Assembly: GCF_963921235.1 (NCBI RefSeq)
Contig: NC_086097.1
Span: 163,372,001-163,436,000 of the forward strand
Source: Mobula hypostoma
Lineage: Eukaryota
DNA length: 64,000 nt
Direction: 5' to 3'
Under the pieces are notes generated by a model. That model was given only the letters and a program-made list of their open reading frames with translations, was not told the DNA's origin and ran no database searches. The position numbers were made by a program, and so were the translations under genes. Every line of letters begins with the position of its first letter. Within the stretch, counting starts at the first letter, position 1. Shown here piece by piece: positions 1 through 12,035 of the stretch.

Positions 1-172
1 TTAAGAGATTGGTGACTGGAATGTGCTGTCAGGGGTGGTAGTGGAGATTTGTATATCCAGAAAATGAATGAGTCACATGCAGGCAGAAGATGGGTTAATC
101 AGACATCATTAACTTAATTAGTCTGGTACAGCATTGTGGACTGAAGGACTGTTCCTGTGCTGAACTGTTCGA
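1..172 (+). mobile_element. CR1 LINE 3' end fragment
   Basis: 'tggaatgtgctgtcaggggtggtagtggag' (WN.L...VV tail) and '...gaaggactgttcctgtgctg' match the CR1 3' ends elsewhere in the window. Confidence 0.65.
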
Positions 173-329
173 AGCAAGGCACTAAAGCTTGGAATTCTGA
201 TAATACTGTACCCTTGGTTATGGACTACTTTTACGAGTAAAATAAAAAAAAGTAGTGTGGGGAAAAGAGACACTTTCTCTTCAGTTCTTTGATCTTAATC
301 TTTGATATAAACATAACCTCAAGCACCAA

Positions 330-1960
330 GGTAATAAGAGGGAAATGTATAAATGTGTGGTGATCTTGGTATGAAGCACTGACAGCTGGTGAGAACTGAT
401 CAGGCCAACATATAATGGGAGCCTGTTGTGAAGAGCCGAGTCTTCAATGTTACATGAAGGTGAGCATCGCAACGATTAAAGTGGTTTCTATGGCATGGAC
501 CCTATTCCAGTAGCTGTATATTCAGAATAGTGCAGAGGGTTAGAAAGATGCTGTTGGATTAGGCTTGGTGAGTGACAGTAATGCACTCTATACAGTACAC
601 ACTGCTGGAAGTATACAAGGTGGTGGATTGGATGCCAGTCAGACCAACTGCTTTATTCTAGATGCTGTCGAGCTTGTTGCTGATGTCATCGTCGAATAAC
701 TGGACTATGACAACCCACACTCATTCATCAACCACACTTATGCACAAGGAGAACAGTTCAGTCCCTTGTCACCAAACTGCTCTGAAGTTACAGTTCGTTT
801 GTCAATTTTTATATGGATATTGATCCAAAAGAAACTTTGTGCACTTCTGAATCCAATTGCTTGCATCAATACCAATCATAATGCACTTCAGGTGTAAAGC
901 AATAGAACATACACTTTTAATGCCAATAATATTTGAAACTTAGTGAATTAACTGCAGAATAGATAACGCATGCCATCAGGTTTTTGTTAGCATTCTTGTC
1001 TTGATTTGAACAAAAAAGCTGTGTAAAGAGGAGCTAGGCACTCATTGTTCAATTGTAACTTAGCAGCCAAGTTCAGCTAAGGTGACTACAATGTCTGCAC
1101 CGTCTCTGTCAGTACACTACCTTAACACTTAGCTTGCTGCAGCTTCCATACTGGAGATGAACTAATTCTGACTTGTGCCTTGGGGAATCAAAAGAGAATC
1201 ACATCAGTGCAGATCTTAATTCTGACCTGTCCTGTGGCTGCTGCACTTTCTGGCCATTGATAACCCTTCCACGCAGATGTGTTGATGAAGGGGAACCCAC
1301 GATGGTAGTACCATTGAATGTCAAGAGTTAGTTAATACCTTGTCTGTTGGAGTTGCCCTTTGCTTAGTTCTGTGATGCAAATGTAACTTGCCATTTGTTG
1401 GCCTATTTCTGAATGTCATCTTGTATGAAATGAAGTGTTACTTGTTGCATCAACTCTATACTGGATATCATTCTACCTTGATACATGTGGGGATAGATTG
1501 TATCATATCTGGAGATAAAACACGTTTTAAAAATCATTGAAATTGTTTTAAAAAAATTAAAATTATTTATCACCTAAAGTAATTATCAGTAAATATCCCC
1601 ACTATTGATGGTGGAAGGAAGGTCAGTGATTTGTGTGTTGCAGATGATTGTAGAACAGTCCCTGGAGAACTCTTACAGTGGTGACCTATAGCTGGAATGA
1701 TTGAGCTTTAAAAATCAAAGCCATCTTTCTCTGCTGGGGACAGATCTGATGTCTGTCCAGGAAAGAACCTTCTCCCAGATTTTCATTGACTTCAATCTTA
1801 CCTTGGAGCTCCTTGACATTGTATTAAGTCAAATGCTGAATTGTAGGCAAGAGTAGTCCATACTTCACTAAGGTTGGAATGGAATATCAGAACTGAACTA
1901 GAGCATCTGTTGTATATTATTGACAAATCTGCTTGATGGATTTGAAGACACTTTTCTCAG
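330..1960 (-). mobile_element. Old fragments of an L2/CR1-group LINE (RT and 3' region), interrupted; same family as 63060-63430
   Basis: Reverse complement of 1820-1850 resembles a D..KAFD motif; similarity by eye to a shark LINE consensus; heavily decayed. Confidence 0.45.
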
Positions 1961-2011
1961 TTTGGGGCTGATGAGCTGACAGTTTACTTTATTGGATTAC
2001 TTTTGAAATAT

Positions 2012-2735
2012 TCAGAATAAGAATCAGAATCTAGGTTATTGTTACTGACATTAGTTTTAGAATTTGTGGCAGCAGTACAATGCAGACATAACAAATTACT
2101 AAGTTACAATTAAAAAGATGAAACAGGAATAATGAGGTAATATTCATGGATTTGTGGACTATTCAGAAATCTGGCAGGGGAGGAAGCTGTCTTGAGGGAT
2201 AGCTCAGATGGTGAAGGCCTTCAATAATGGGAGCTGCCACCTTGAGACACCAATTCTTGAAGATGTAATTTATGGTGGGGATGGTTGTGCCCATGATGGT
2301 GAGTATAGAACCCTCTGCGGACTCCTGTGATCTGTGCATTGGAGTCTCCACACAAGGCAGTAATGCAACCAGTCAGAATGCTCTCCATCATGCATCTCTA
2401 GAAATTTGCTATAGAGTTTTTGCTGACATACCAAATCTCCTTGAACTTCTAACAAAGTAGAGCCACTGGCGTGCCTCTGTCATGATTGCAGCAATGTGAT
2501 GGGCATCTGAGATGTTGCCACCCAGGACTTTTAAGCTGCTTACTGTTTGTACCGCTGGCGCCTCAGTGAGGACTGGTGTGGTTTCCTGACCTTCCCTTCA
2601 TGAAGTCCACAATCAATTTCTTGGTCTTACTGTCATTGAGTCCAAGGTTGTTGTTGTGACAAGTCCACGATCAATTTCTTGGTCTTACTGTCATTGAGTC
2701 CAAGGTTGTTGTTGTGATACCACTTGACCAGTTTA
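2012..2735 (-). mobile_element. Rex1/Babar-type LINE 3' fragment
   Basis: Minus-strand peptides 'LYSKFL...ESIL', 'NCGLHEG'; (attctg)n-type tail at 2012-2030; contains a 58-bp tandem duplication. Confidence 0.7.
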
Positions 2736-2784
2736 TTGAGGCTATTGTTTCTGCTCATTTGAGTGGGTAGGAATAAGCTTGGCT

Positions 2785-2893
2785 TGAAATGACACTTCTG
2801 AATGCACAGGACTGAAATATCAGTCTAAGCCGTGTGCTTAGTTTTTGAGTGGAACTTCGTCTCTCAAAGGTGAGTCGCTATCTGAGTCGAGCC
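2785..2893 (-). mobile_element. Decayed tRNA-derived SINE head (SacSINE/DeuSINE-like)
   Basis: Reverse complement 'ggctcgactcagatagcgactcacctttgagagacgaagttccactcaaaaactaagcacac' resembles a Deu-SINE 5' region. Confidence 0.35.
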
Positions 2894-5764
2894 TTACACA
2901 TTAAATAAAAGTACTCATTATTTTATGTGCCCCTGTGCCTTGCTTGTTTCTCAATATACTTTCGTGTAAGTCATCACCTTCTCAGTGCCAACACATCTCA
3001 TGAGGCACAACAAAATGGTCACAGTTATCTCTGACCCTTGATCCTGTAGCAAATATTTTAAAATATTTTTGTGGTGAACCAAATGTACACCCAAAAGATA
3101 AACATGGTCTTTTAAGAGGAATATTTCCACTTAGACCCAAGCTTAGGCTGAATAAATTGATGGTTCTAGTAAATAATGTCCACCTTTTATGAATCTGTAA
3201 ATAATTTCTGCTTTTGCTAATGCAAGTCCATTTGAGTTTAGTAAAAACAACTTTAGCAGGCTTAATGGAGCTACAAGTGACTGTAAATCTATGCCTAGGC
3301 AGGCAATAGTTTTACATGCTGCTATTAATATTGACATGTTCCACCTTTGTATTGTGCAGAATCATTAAAAAGGGTAATGGCATTTGCCTTGAATTGTTTG
3401 ACTATCTGTGAAAATGCCGGCACAGTTTTGTCATCTGTGGTCTTTCACAGTACTCCTACTAATGGGCTGGTGGACTTAACCAGAAATTTCACAACATAAT
3501 TGTGTATTGTCTGCATACAGTTGCAAGTGCCACATCAGGAAGTGAATGGATAAATGAACTGCTACTGCTAATTACTGACAAGGGTGTCAAGAGCAGAGAG
3601 GCATTCCAAAAGGGCTGGTCTGATAGTTTCATTGCCGTGTGTAATATCCATCATGTTTCTTTCACAGGCAGATAACATCTGGTTGTCTTGACAGCTCTCT
3701 GGGGCTGCACTTAGTCACCCCCATGGTGGAAAGAAAAGAATTGGTGTTTTGCAAAAGAATTGCATTTATTATGTTTGATATAAATTATAGAGGGCTGTGC
3801 CCCACAGCATGATGTTTATTGGCTGGAATTTTGGGGAGAATGAAGTGAGTTTATTGACATGTACATTTAAAATTTTATCCTGTGACAGGGTCTCTATTTA
3901 AAAAAAATCTTTATCTTCTACTTAATTGACTGCTCATGTTTTGTGTATTGTGATGGATCACATTAAACAGTCTTTAACTGTACTGATACAGTCCATTTTA
4001 CTGAGGCACTTGAGACAACAAAAGTCTTGATAGCTTCATGAGTGTATTAATTACCATAATTTTCCAGAGACAATGTCACAATGCCAAAAACATCAGCGTA
4101 TTTCAAAGGCAGACTTATTGTAATTCACTGGGCTTTTCCCACCATGCAGCTAAGGCTTGATGGGGTTTGGAGGTGGTGGGTGGAGGAGGTGAAATTTTAA
4201 CCAAACCTGTGGTGGAATGCCAAGCGAATTGATAAGCAGCATGCATACTCTTAACAGCAATTCTCAAAATTTAAAAAAAACAATTACAATATCCACCAAT
4301 TTCTGCCAGAAAGTGGCAGTGGTTCAAGAATGTGGTTTACCACTATCTTTTTCAAGAGCAATGAGACCAATAAAGACTGCTCTTGCCACCAATGCTCAAA
4401 TTCCAATAATTGAATTAAAAAGGGATTATGTTTGCAACATTGAGTTTAAAAGGTCCTCTGGCATATTTACTAGCAATGGTAACTTTTAAGAAATTAATGC
4501 TGGAAATCTGACAGTTCATTTCTGGCATAAAACTATAACAGTGTAAGTGACTGTTCAAAAGTTGAATAAGAGTAGCAAACCTGAGGATTGGGACAGTTTT
4601 AAATTTCTGAGGAGAATTTAAGATAGTGAAAATAACAGTTTAGTAAATAGGAAAGTAGATTTTAAAACCTAAAATGCTTATTTAACGCAAAGCCAAGTGT
4701 AGTAAGAAATGGGGGAAATTCACAAATAATTTAGCAGGTGGATGGAAACTGGAGTGATAGGGCTGAGGACGGGGAGGTTGGAATACTAATAGATGAAGTG
4801 TGTAGTTTGAGGAAAGACAGGCTGGTAGGGCAAAATTGCAGTCAGTGGGATGAGTTAGTGAAACAGGTAAAATCAAAAAGGGTGATGAATACAGGACTGA
4901 AGGTGAATACACAATATATGGAATAAGGTAGATGAACTTGTAGAGTAATTAGAGAATGGCAGGTAAAATGCTGTGGGCATTTGAGTCATGACTGAAAGAA
5001 GATCATAGTTAGGAGCTTAACACCCAAGGATACATTGTATAGGAAGGACAGGCAGATTGGCAGATGGGGTGTTGTGGCTCTATTGGTAAAATGTGGGCCA
5101 CAAATTATAGTGGGAGATAGAAAAGGCATGTTAAAAATAGCAATGTTGTGACAGTCAAGGGGGTTTCAATACGTGGGTAGTTCAGGAAAATCTGGCTGCT
5201 GGATCCCAAGAGGGAATTTGTACAATGCTTACAAGGTAGGTTTATAGAGCAGCTTGTGGTTGAGTCCACAAAGGGAATGGCATTTCTGGATTGGGTGTTA
5301 TGTAATGACCCAGATTTGATTAGGAAGGTTAAGGTAAAGGAACCTTTGTGGGGGCAGTGACCACAATAGGATAGAATTTACCGTTTAAATTGAGGCAGAA
5401 GTTAAAGTCAGATGTATCGGTATTACAGTGGAGTAAAGGGAATTAGAGACGAGAGATGAGCTGGCTAAAGATGATTGGAAGAGGCACTAGCAGGGATGAC
5501 GACAGAACAGCATTGGCTCGTGCTCCTGGGGGAAATTTGGAAGGTGTATGAAAATGCAGCCAAAGCTGAAGCACTCTAAAGGGAGGATGAGGTAACTGTG
5601 TTTGATAACGCAAGTCAAAGACAGCATAAGAGCAAAAGGGGGCATGAAATGTAGCAAAAATTAGTAGGAAGTTAGATAATAGGAAGCTTTTTCAAAACCA
5701 ATAAAGGTAATTTGGAAAAAGCCATACAGAGGAAAAAAAGATGAAGGTAATAGAAGGTAAGATG

Positions 5765-6092
5765 AAGATGGTGTGGATAGCCAGAGGCTTTTTCCCAAGG
5801 CTGGAAAGGCTAACATGAGGCGGCACAGTTTTAAGGTGCTTGGAAATGGGTACTGAGGGAATGTTGGGGGTAAGTTTTTCACACAGTGGTGGGTGCGTGG
5901 AATGCACTGCTGGCGTCGGTGGAAGCGGATACAATAGGGTCTTTTAAGAGCCTCTTGGATAACTGCATGGAGCTTAGAAAAATAGAGGGACATGGGCTAG
6001 GGAAATTGTAGGCAGTCTCTAGAGTAGGTTACATGGTTGGCACAAAATTGTGAGCGGAAAGGCCTGTAATGTGTTGTAGATTTCTGTACTAT
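5765..6092 (+). mobile_element. CR1 3' end of a second subfamily, nested in the older CR1
   Basis: Closely similar to 11708-12035 ('gtggatagccagaggc...cacagttttaaggtgcttggaa...ttctgtactatgt'). Confidence 0.85.
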
Positions 6093-6121
6093 GTAAACTA
6101 GTCAATAATAGGTTTAAGTAT

Positions 6122-7012
6122 TTTAGTAGTAGTAGTCATACTTTACTGATCCTGGGGGAAATTGGTTTTCGTTACAGTTGCACCATAAATAATTAGTAAC
6201 TGAACCATAAATAGTTAAATAGTAATATGTAAATTATGCCAGTAAATAAGTCCAGGACCAGCCTATTGGCTCAGGGTGTCTGACCCTCCAAGGGAGGAGT
6301 TGTAAAGTTTGATGGCCACAGGCAGGAATGACTTCCTATGACGCTCTGTGCTGCATCTCGGTGGGATGAGTCTGGCTGAATGTACTCCCGTGCCCACCCA
6401 GTACAATATGTAGCGGATGGGAGACATTGACCAAGATGGCATGCAACTTAGACAACATCCTCTTTTCAGACACCGCCGTGAGAGAGTCTAGTTCCATCCC
6501 CACAACATCACTGGCCTTACGAATCAGTTTGTTGATTCTGTTGGTGTCTGCTACCCTCAGCCTGCTGCCCCAGCACACAACAGCAAACATGATAGCACTG
6601 GCCACCACAGACTCGTAAAACATCCTCAGCATTGTCCGGCAGATGTTAAAGGACCTCAGTCTCCTCAGAAAATAGAGATGGCTCTGACCCTTCTTGTAGA
6701 CAGCCTCAATGTTCTTTGACCAGTCCAGCTTATTGTCATTTCATATCCCCAGGTATTTGTAATCCTCCACCACGTCCACACTGACCCCCTGGATGGAAAC
6801 AGGGGTCGCCGGTACCTTGGCTCTCCTCAGGTCTACCACCAACTCCTTAGCCTTTTTCACATTAAGCTGCAGATAATTGTGCTCACACCATGTGACTAAG
6901 TTTCCTACCATAGCCCTGTACTCAGCCTCATCTCCCTTGCTGATGCATCTAACTATATGGCAGATTCATCTGAAAACTTCTGAAGATGACAGGACTCTGT
7001 GCAGTAGTTGAA
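6122..7012 (-). mobile_element. Rex1/Babar LINE, 5'-truncated
   Basis: ORF 6336-6632 'MFYESVVASAIMFAVVCWG...INKLIRKAS...HPLH'; upstream 'KFSDESA' and 'YKYLG'; (cta)n tail at 6122-6134. Confidence 0.88.
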
Positions 7013-7195
7013 GGTACATAAAGAGTAAAAGACTGGCCATTGAAAAATGATACTGGAGAGGTCGGAACGGGACAGAAATGGTGGATGAGTTCAGTATTTT
7101 ACATCAGTCTTCACAGTGGAAGACACTAGCAGTATGCAAGAAATGCGAAAGGTAAGTGTATTGCTATTACTAATGAGAAGGTGCTTGGGAAGCTG

Positions 7196-8172
7196 CCCTT
7201 GACCATTCTCACCCACCTGGTTTCACCTATCGCCTTCCTGCGAGCCTCCTTCACCTCCCCTCACCTTTTTATTCTGGCATCTTTCCCCTTCTCAGTCCTG
7301 AAGAAGGGTCTTGGCCTGAAACATCAACATTTTATTCTTTTCCATAGATACTATAGGTACATTTAATGTCAGAGGAATGTATATGATATACATCCTAAGA
7401 GTTTTTTCCTTTGCAAACATCCATGAAAAGTGCCCCAAAGAATGTATGACAGTTAAATGTTAGAACCCCAAAGCCCCCCCAGCTCCCCCTGTCTCACATA
7501 GGCAGTAGCAAAGCAATGACCCCCTTCCCCCACCAGCAATAAAGCATCTGCACCCTCCATTGAGCACTCAAGCATGCAGCAAAGCATCAATAAAGACAGT
7601 GCCCCAACGACTACTCGTTCACCCAGTATTTGACATACCATAGACTGTTTCCCCAATGATGGAAAAAGAGGTGTCCCTGTTTGACGGTGAAGGGAGATGT
7701 GACAAAATGACTCGCCGATTTATGGTGATAAGTCTGCTGCATCGCTTTTTCCGAGCTCTGTGCCCAAAGATCTTGGGTCTCTGGGCACACAGCCAGCTTG
7801 CTGCTTTCGATCTTCCATCTCTCATGACGCACCAGACATTGGCACTGACCTAGAGTCTGCCCGCCTCCAGAGCCATGAAAATCTGGTACCCTGAAGGCAT
7901 GCTAGTTTTCCAGACTGCGTCCTTGGCTTATCGAAAAGCGCCAAATCGTGAGACCCCAAGAGCGGGTTCCATTTCAGCAAAGAACCAAAGTCAGAGTGTA
8001 ACTCCAGGTCAGGGTCTTCAAAATAACCCAAAAAGGAAAGAAATGTTAAAGATAGAAATAGAGCTGTTTTCAAAGACGCAAGCAAAGGAATTGCAGTTGG
8101 GTGCCATTGTCCTCCTAAGCTGTGCCCTCTATACTGCCTGACCTGAGTTTCTCCAGCACTTTGTGTGTTGCT
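7196..8172 (+). mobile_element. Older PLE 3' end with degenerate hammerhead, split by the 7356-8118 insertion
   Basis: 'cagtc ctgaaga agggtcttggcct gaaacatc' at 7293-7325; resumes at about 8130 with 'tactgcctgacctgagtttctccagcactttgtgtgttgct'. Confidence 0.75.
7356..8118 (-). mobile_element. Unclassified non-autonomous (SINE-like) element; second partial copy at 18327-18440
   Basis: 'ggtacatttaatgtcagag.aatgta....atatacatcct' shared with 18336-18376; no coding capacity; interrupts a PLE fragment. Confidence 0.6.
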
Positions 8173-10311
8173 GTAGATAAGTCACCTGGATCAGATGAAC
8201 TACAATCCAGGGTTTTGAAAGGGGTAGCTGAAGAGATTGTGGAGGTATTAGTAATGATCTTTCAAGAATCATTAGGTACTGTAGTGGCTCCTGAGGGCTG
8301 GAAACCTGCCAATATCACTCCACTCTTTAAGAAGGGAATGAGGCAGAAGAAATGAAATTTTAGGTCAGTTGGCCTCACTTCAGTGGCTGGACAGATGTTG
8401 GAGTCTATCGTTATAGGTGAGGTTCTAGGGTACTTGGAAGCACATGATAAAATAGGCTGACATCGGAATGATTTTCTAAAGGGGAAATCATGCCTGACAA
8501 ATCTGTTGGAATTCTGAGGAATTAACGAACAGAATAGACAAAAGAGAATTGGTAGATGTTTATTTGGATATCCAGATGGCCTTTGACATGGTGCCACACA
8601 AGAGGCTGCTTAACAGAATAAGAGCCTGTGGTGTTATGGGAAAGATACTAGAATGGATAGAAGACTGGATGAACGGTAAGAGGCAAAGTGTGGGAATAAA
8701 GGGAATCTTTTCTGGTTGGCTGCAAGTGACTAGTGGTGTGCAGCAGGGGTCGGTGTTGGGACTGCTGCCTTCCACGCACGTCAATGATGTGGATGAAGGA
8801 ATTAATGGGTTTGCAGCCAGGTTTGCGGACAATAAGATGAGTGGAAGGGCGCGTAGCATTTGGGAAGCAGGGCATCTGCAGGAGGACTTGCGATAATCTG
8901 CAAAGAAGTGGCAGATAGAATATAATGTAGGGAAGTGCATAGTCATGCACTTTGGCAGAAGGAATAAAGGTATGGACTATTTTGTAAATGGGGAGAAAGT
9001 TTAAAAAAAAAATCTGAATTTCAGACAGACTTGGGAAGATTCTGTGGTTTATCATGCAGATTGTATCAGTGGTGAGGAAGGAAAATGCAATGTTAACATT
9101 CATTTTAAAAGTACTAGAAAACAAAAGGACGGAATGCTGAGGCCTTGCAAGGCATTGGTCAGAACATATTAAGTATTGTGAGCAGTTATGGGCCCCTATC
9201 TTAATGGATGGGCTGGCATTGGAGAGAGACCAGAGGATGTTCACAGGAATGAAAGTGTCACTGTATGAGGAGAGCTTGACTCTGGGCCTGTGCTTGTTGG
9301 TGTTCAGAAGAGTGAGAGGGTGCTCTCATTAAAACCAATCAAATATTGAGAGATCTGGAGAGGGTATTTCCTATAGTGGGGGAGTCAGTTTGGAGGGCAC
9401 AGCCTCAGAATTGAGGGATGTCAAATTAGAACAGATGAGCAAAAATTTCTTTAGCTAGAGTGTGGTGAATCTGGAGTTTGCCACAGCTGGCTGTGCACAT
9501 CAGGTCATTGTGTATGTTTAAGGTGGAGTTTGATAGGTTCTTGATTAATGGTTATGGGGAAGAGACAGGAAAATGGGGTTGAGACCGTGATGAAATGGTC
9601 TATATCTACTCCTAGATCTTATGGAAACGGTAATAGCAGAATAGTCAAACACCTTCATTTTCACTGGAGGTCTTCAGTAAAATTCCAGAGTTGTTGGGGA
9701 ACAAGATTCTGAAGGTGAGGAACTAAAGAAAACTAGCACAAGAGTAAAATTCCAGTTATTGACACAAAGCAAATCTAGAAGCCCCAATGGTTTGGCAAAT
9801 AGTTCATCTGTAATACTGGCTTTGACCCCTTTCAACTCACTAAGCTCCATTTCCCGCACATTTGAGCCACATTCTCATGTTCCCATTCAATACACCGTAG
9901 CCCTGGTTACTGCCCTTGCTTTAAATGGACCAAGTGTTCTCTCTAAACTTAATAGATTTAATAGGGAATTTATTATAATACAGTATGACATCTAACAATT
10001 GTGAATTCAGATTGTTTTGGGGGTGGTATTAACATCTAGTATTCCAGAAAATCTGCTATTCTGGCACTACCAAAGTCCAAAACATGCTAGATTATCAGAG
10101 AATAGTGCTGGAGAAATGAATGGTACTGAAAACGATCAATCTTTGGGCTCTATTCCTCATCTCAAAGTATTAAATGAGGTAGTGTGGGAATAGTGACTAT
10201 ATTATTTGTTTTCTAGAATGGATTATGGAAGATCAGATTATAGAACAAATTTCACGACACATGTCAGTGTTAATAAACCTTTGTCTGAGTGCAGTAAATG
10301 TAACCCCAATA

Positions 10312-11086
10312 CAGTGGATTTTGGTTAATTGGGCCATTGGTTAATTGGGGCAGCCAGTTGTTTGGTTCAACTCTTAAAGAACAATAACTAATAGAGAAAA
10401 TAGCCAAAATTCCCTTTGTTTATTTGGGACTATGCCACTTAAGTGAGGCAGGAGACTTTTTTTGAACAATTTCCAATTAGCATCAGTCATGTACTCTTGC
10501 TTTCTGTGCTTCTAGCTAACAATTTATAAGTGACGTCAGTTGTGTATGTTTGTGATCAAAAAGCAGCAATTTTTGTCACTGATATTTGACGATAATAAGT
10601 AGTAAATCAATTCAGAACTGTTTTGCTCACCGCAGTTTCATGCATTCAGTCTTGGAGATCCCAGAAATGGCCAGGACTGAAAATGAACTGATTTCACTAC
10701 TTCAAGTTAGGAACTGCAAAGGATATGAAAGTGTCGACAAACATCTTGAATGTTGCAATGAAAATAAATGTTTGCAGGACGCAGTCATCAACAGCTTTGT
10801 CTGAAGGCAGTCCATTATCTACACTAGATGTCTCTGCTGATTCTGTTCATTTTCAGTCAAAAGATTGTGGATGAATTCCTCCATCAGTAAGTATTAGGAA
10901 CTGATACAGTCTTGTACTGCAGCAGTATTGGTAGTGTTCTAATTTGTTCTGTATTTCATTTAAACACCTAATTTGTTCAGTTTGTTTTTTTTTGTCTCCA
11001 ACTATTTCCAAGAATCTTCAGCTAATTGGGGTAGCAGCTTAATTGGGCCAAAATGTACTGGTGTTGCAATTAACCAGAATCCACTG
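10312..11086. mobile_element. MITE of the Tc1/mariner superfamily (pogo/Tigger-like)
   Basis: 20-bp TIRs CAGTGGATTTTGGTTAATTG / CAATTAACCAGAATCCACTG (1 mismatch), TA on both sides; related fragment at 34120-34318. Confidence 0.85.
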
Positions 11087-11224
11087 TAATTGATAAAGAA
11101 GGGAGGGAGAAAACAGGAAATCACAGACGGATTGGTACTGGGAAAAATGGTAAGTATTATAAAAGATGGATGATAGAACGTTTGGAAATATTAACAGGAT
11201 TACAAGTTCAATATGGATTACTAT

Positions 11225-11352
11225 TAGCTGGCTGTGGTGTAGTAGCATCAGCCCTGGACTTCGAGGCAAATGGACCCCAGTTTGAATCCATTTGGCTCAT
11301 TGCATGTTTTCCATCCGTGCTGGGTTGAGCATCAAGCTCAACAGTTCTGATA
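11225..11352 (+). mobile_element. tRNA-derived SINE head
   Basis: A-box-like 'tggtgtagtag' and B-box-like 'gtttgaatcc' at tRNA-like spacing. Confidence 0.4.
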
Positions 11353-11434
11353 AAGTCCCATATGAAAGGTTTGTGTGAAAAATTAGTGTTTTATTGGGGG
11401 TAATCTATTTGCCCATATTGGTGATTAGGTTGTG

Positions 11435-12035
11435 GGATTGAGTCTAGGAGCCAAGAGGTAATGTTGCAGCTATATAGGACCCTGGTCAGACCCCACTTGG
11501 TGTACTGTGCTCAGTGCTGGTCGCCTCACTACAGGAAGCATGTGGAAACTATAGAAAAGGTGCAGAGGAGATTTACAAGGATGTTGTCTGGATTGGGGGC
11601 CATGCCTTGTGAGAATAGGTTGAGTGAACTCAGCCTTTTCTCCTAGGAGTGACGGAGGATGAGAGGTGACCTGATAGAGTTGTACAAGACGATGAGAGAC
11701 ATTGATTGTGTGGATAGTCAGAGGCTTTTCCCATGGTTAAAGTGGCTAGAATGAGAGGGCACAGTTTTAAGGTGCTTGGAAGTAGGTACAGAGGAAATGT
11801 CGGGGCTAAGTTTTTTACGAAGAGAGTGGTGAGTGTATGGAATGTGTTGCCAGCGACGATGTTGGAGGTGGATACGATAGGGTCTTTTAAGAGACTCCTG
11901 GATAGGTACATGGAGCTTAGAAAAATAGAGGGCCATGGGTAACCCCAGGTAATTTCTAAAGGAAGGACATGTTCGGCACAGCTTTCTGGGCCAAAGGTCC
12001 TGTATTGTGCTGTAGATTTTCTATGTTTCTATTTC
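11435..12035 (+). mobile_element. CR1 LINE 3' fragment
   Basis: 'LYRTLVRPHLVYCAQCWSPHY...EKVQRRFTRM', 'RGHSFK', 'RVVSVWNVLP'; 'ttctatgtttctat' tail. Confidence 0.92.

Larger units (their letters stand above)
4680..9625 (+). mobile_element. Degenerate CR1 LINE (ORF1 end, APE, RT, 3' end) split by four younger insertions
   Basis: Segments 4680-5760, 6090-6120, 7013-7195, 8172-9625; peptides 'DKSPGSDELQSRVLK', 'ANITPLFKKG', 'VYLDIQMAFDMVPH', 'SGVQQGSVLG', 'FAD'; many stops and frameshifts. Confidence 0.88.
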
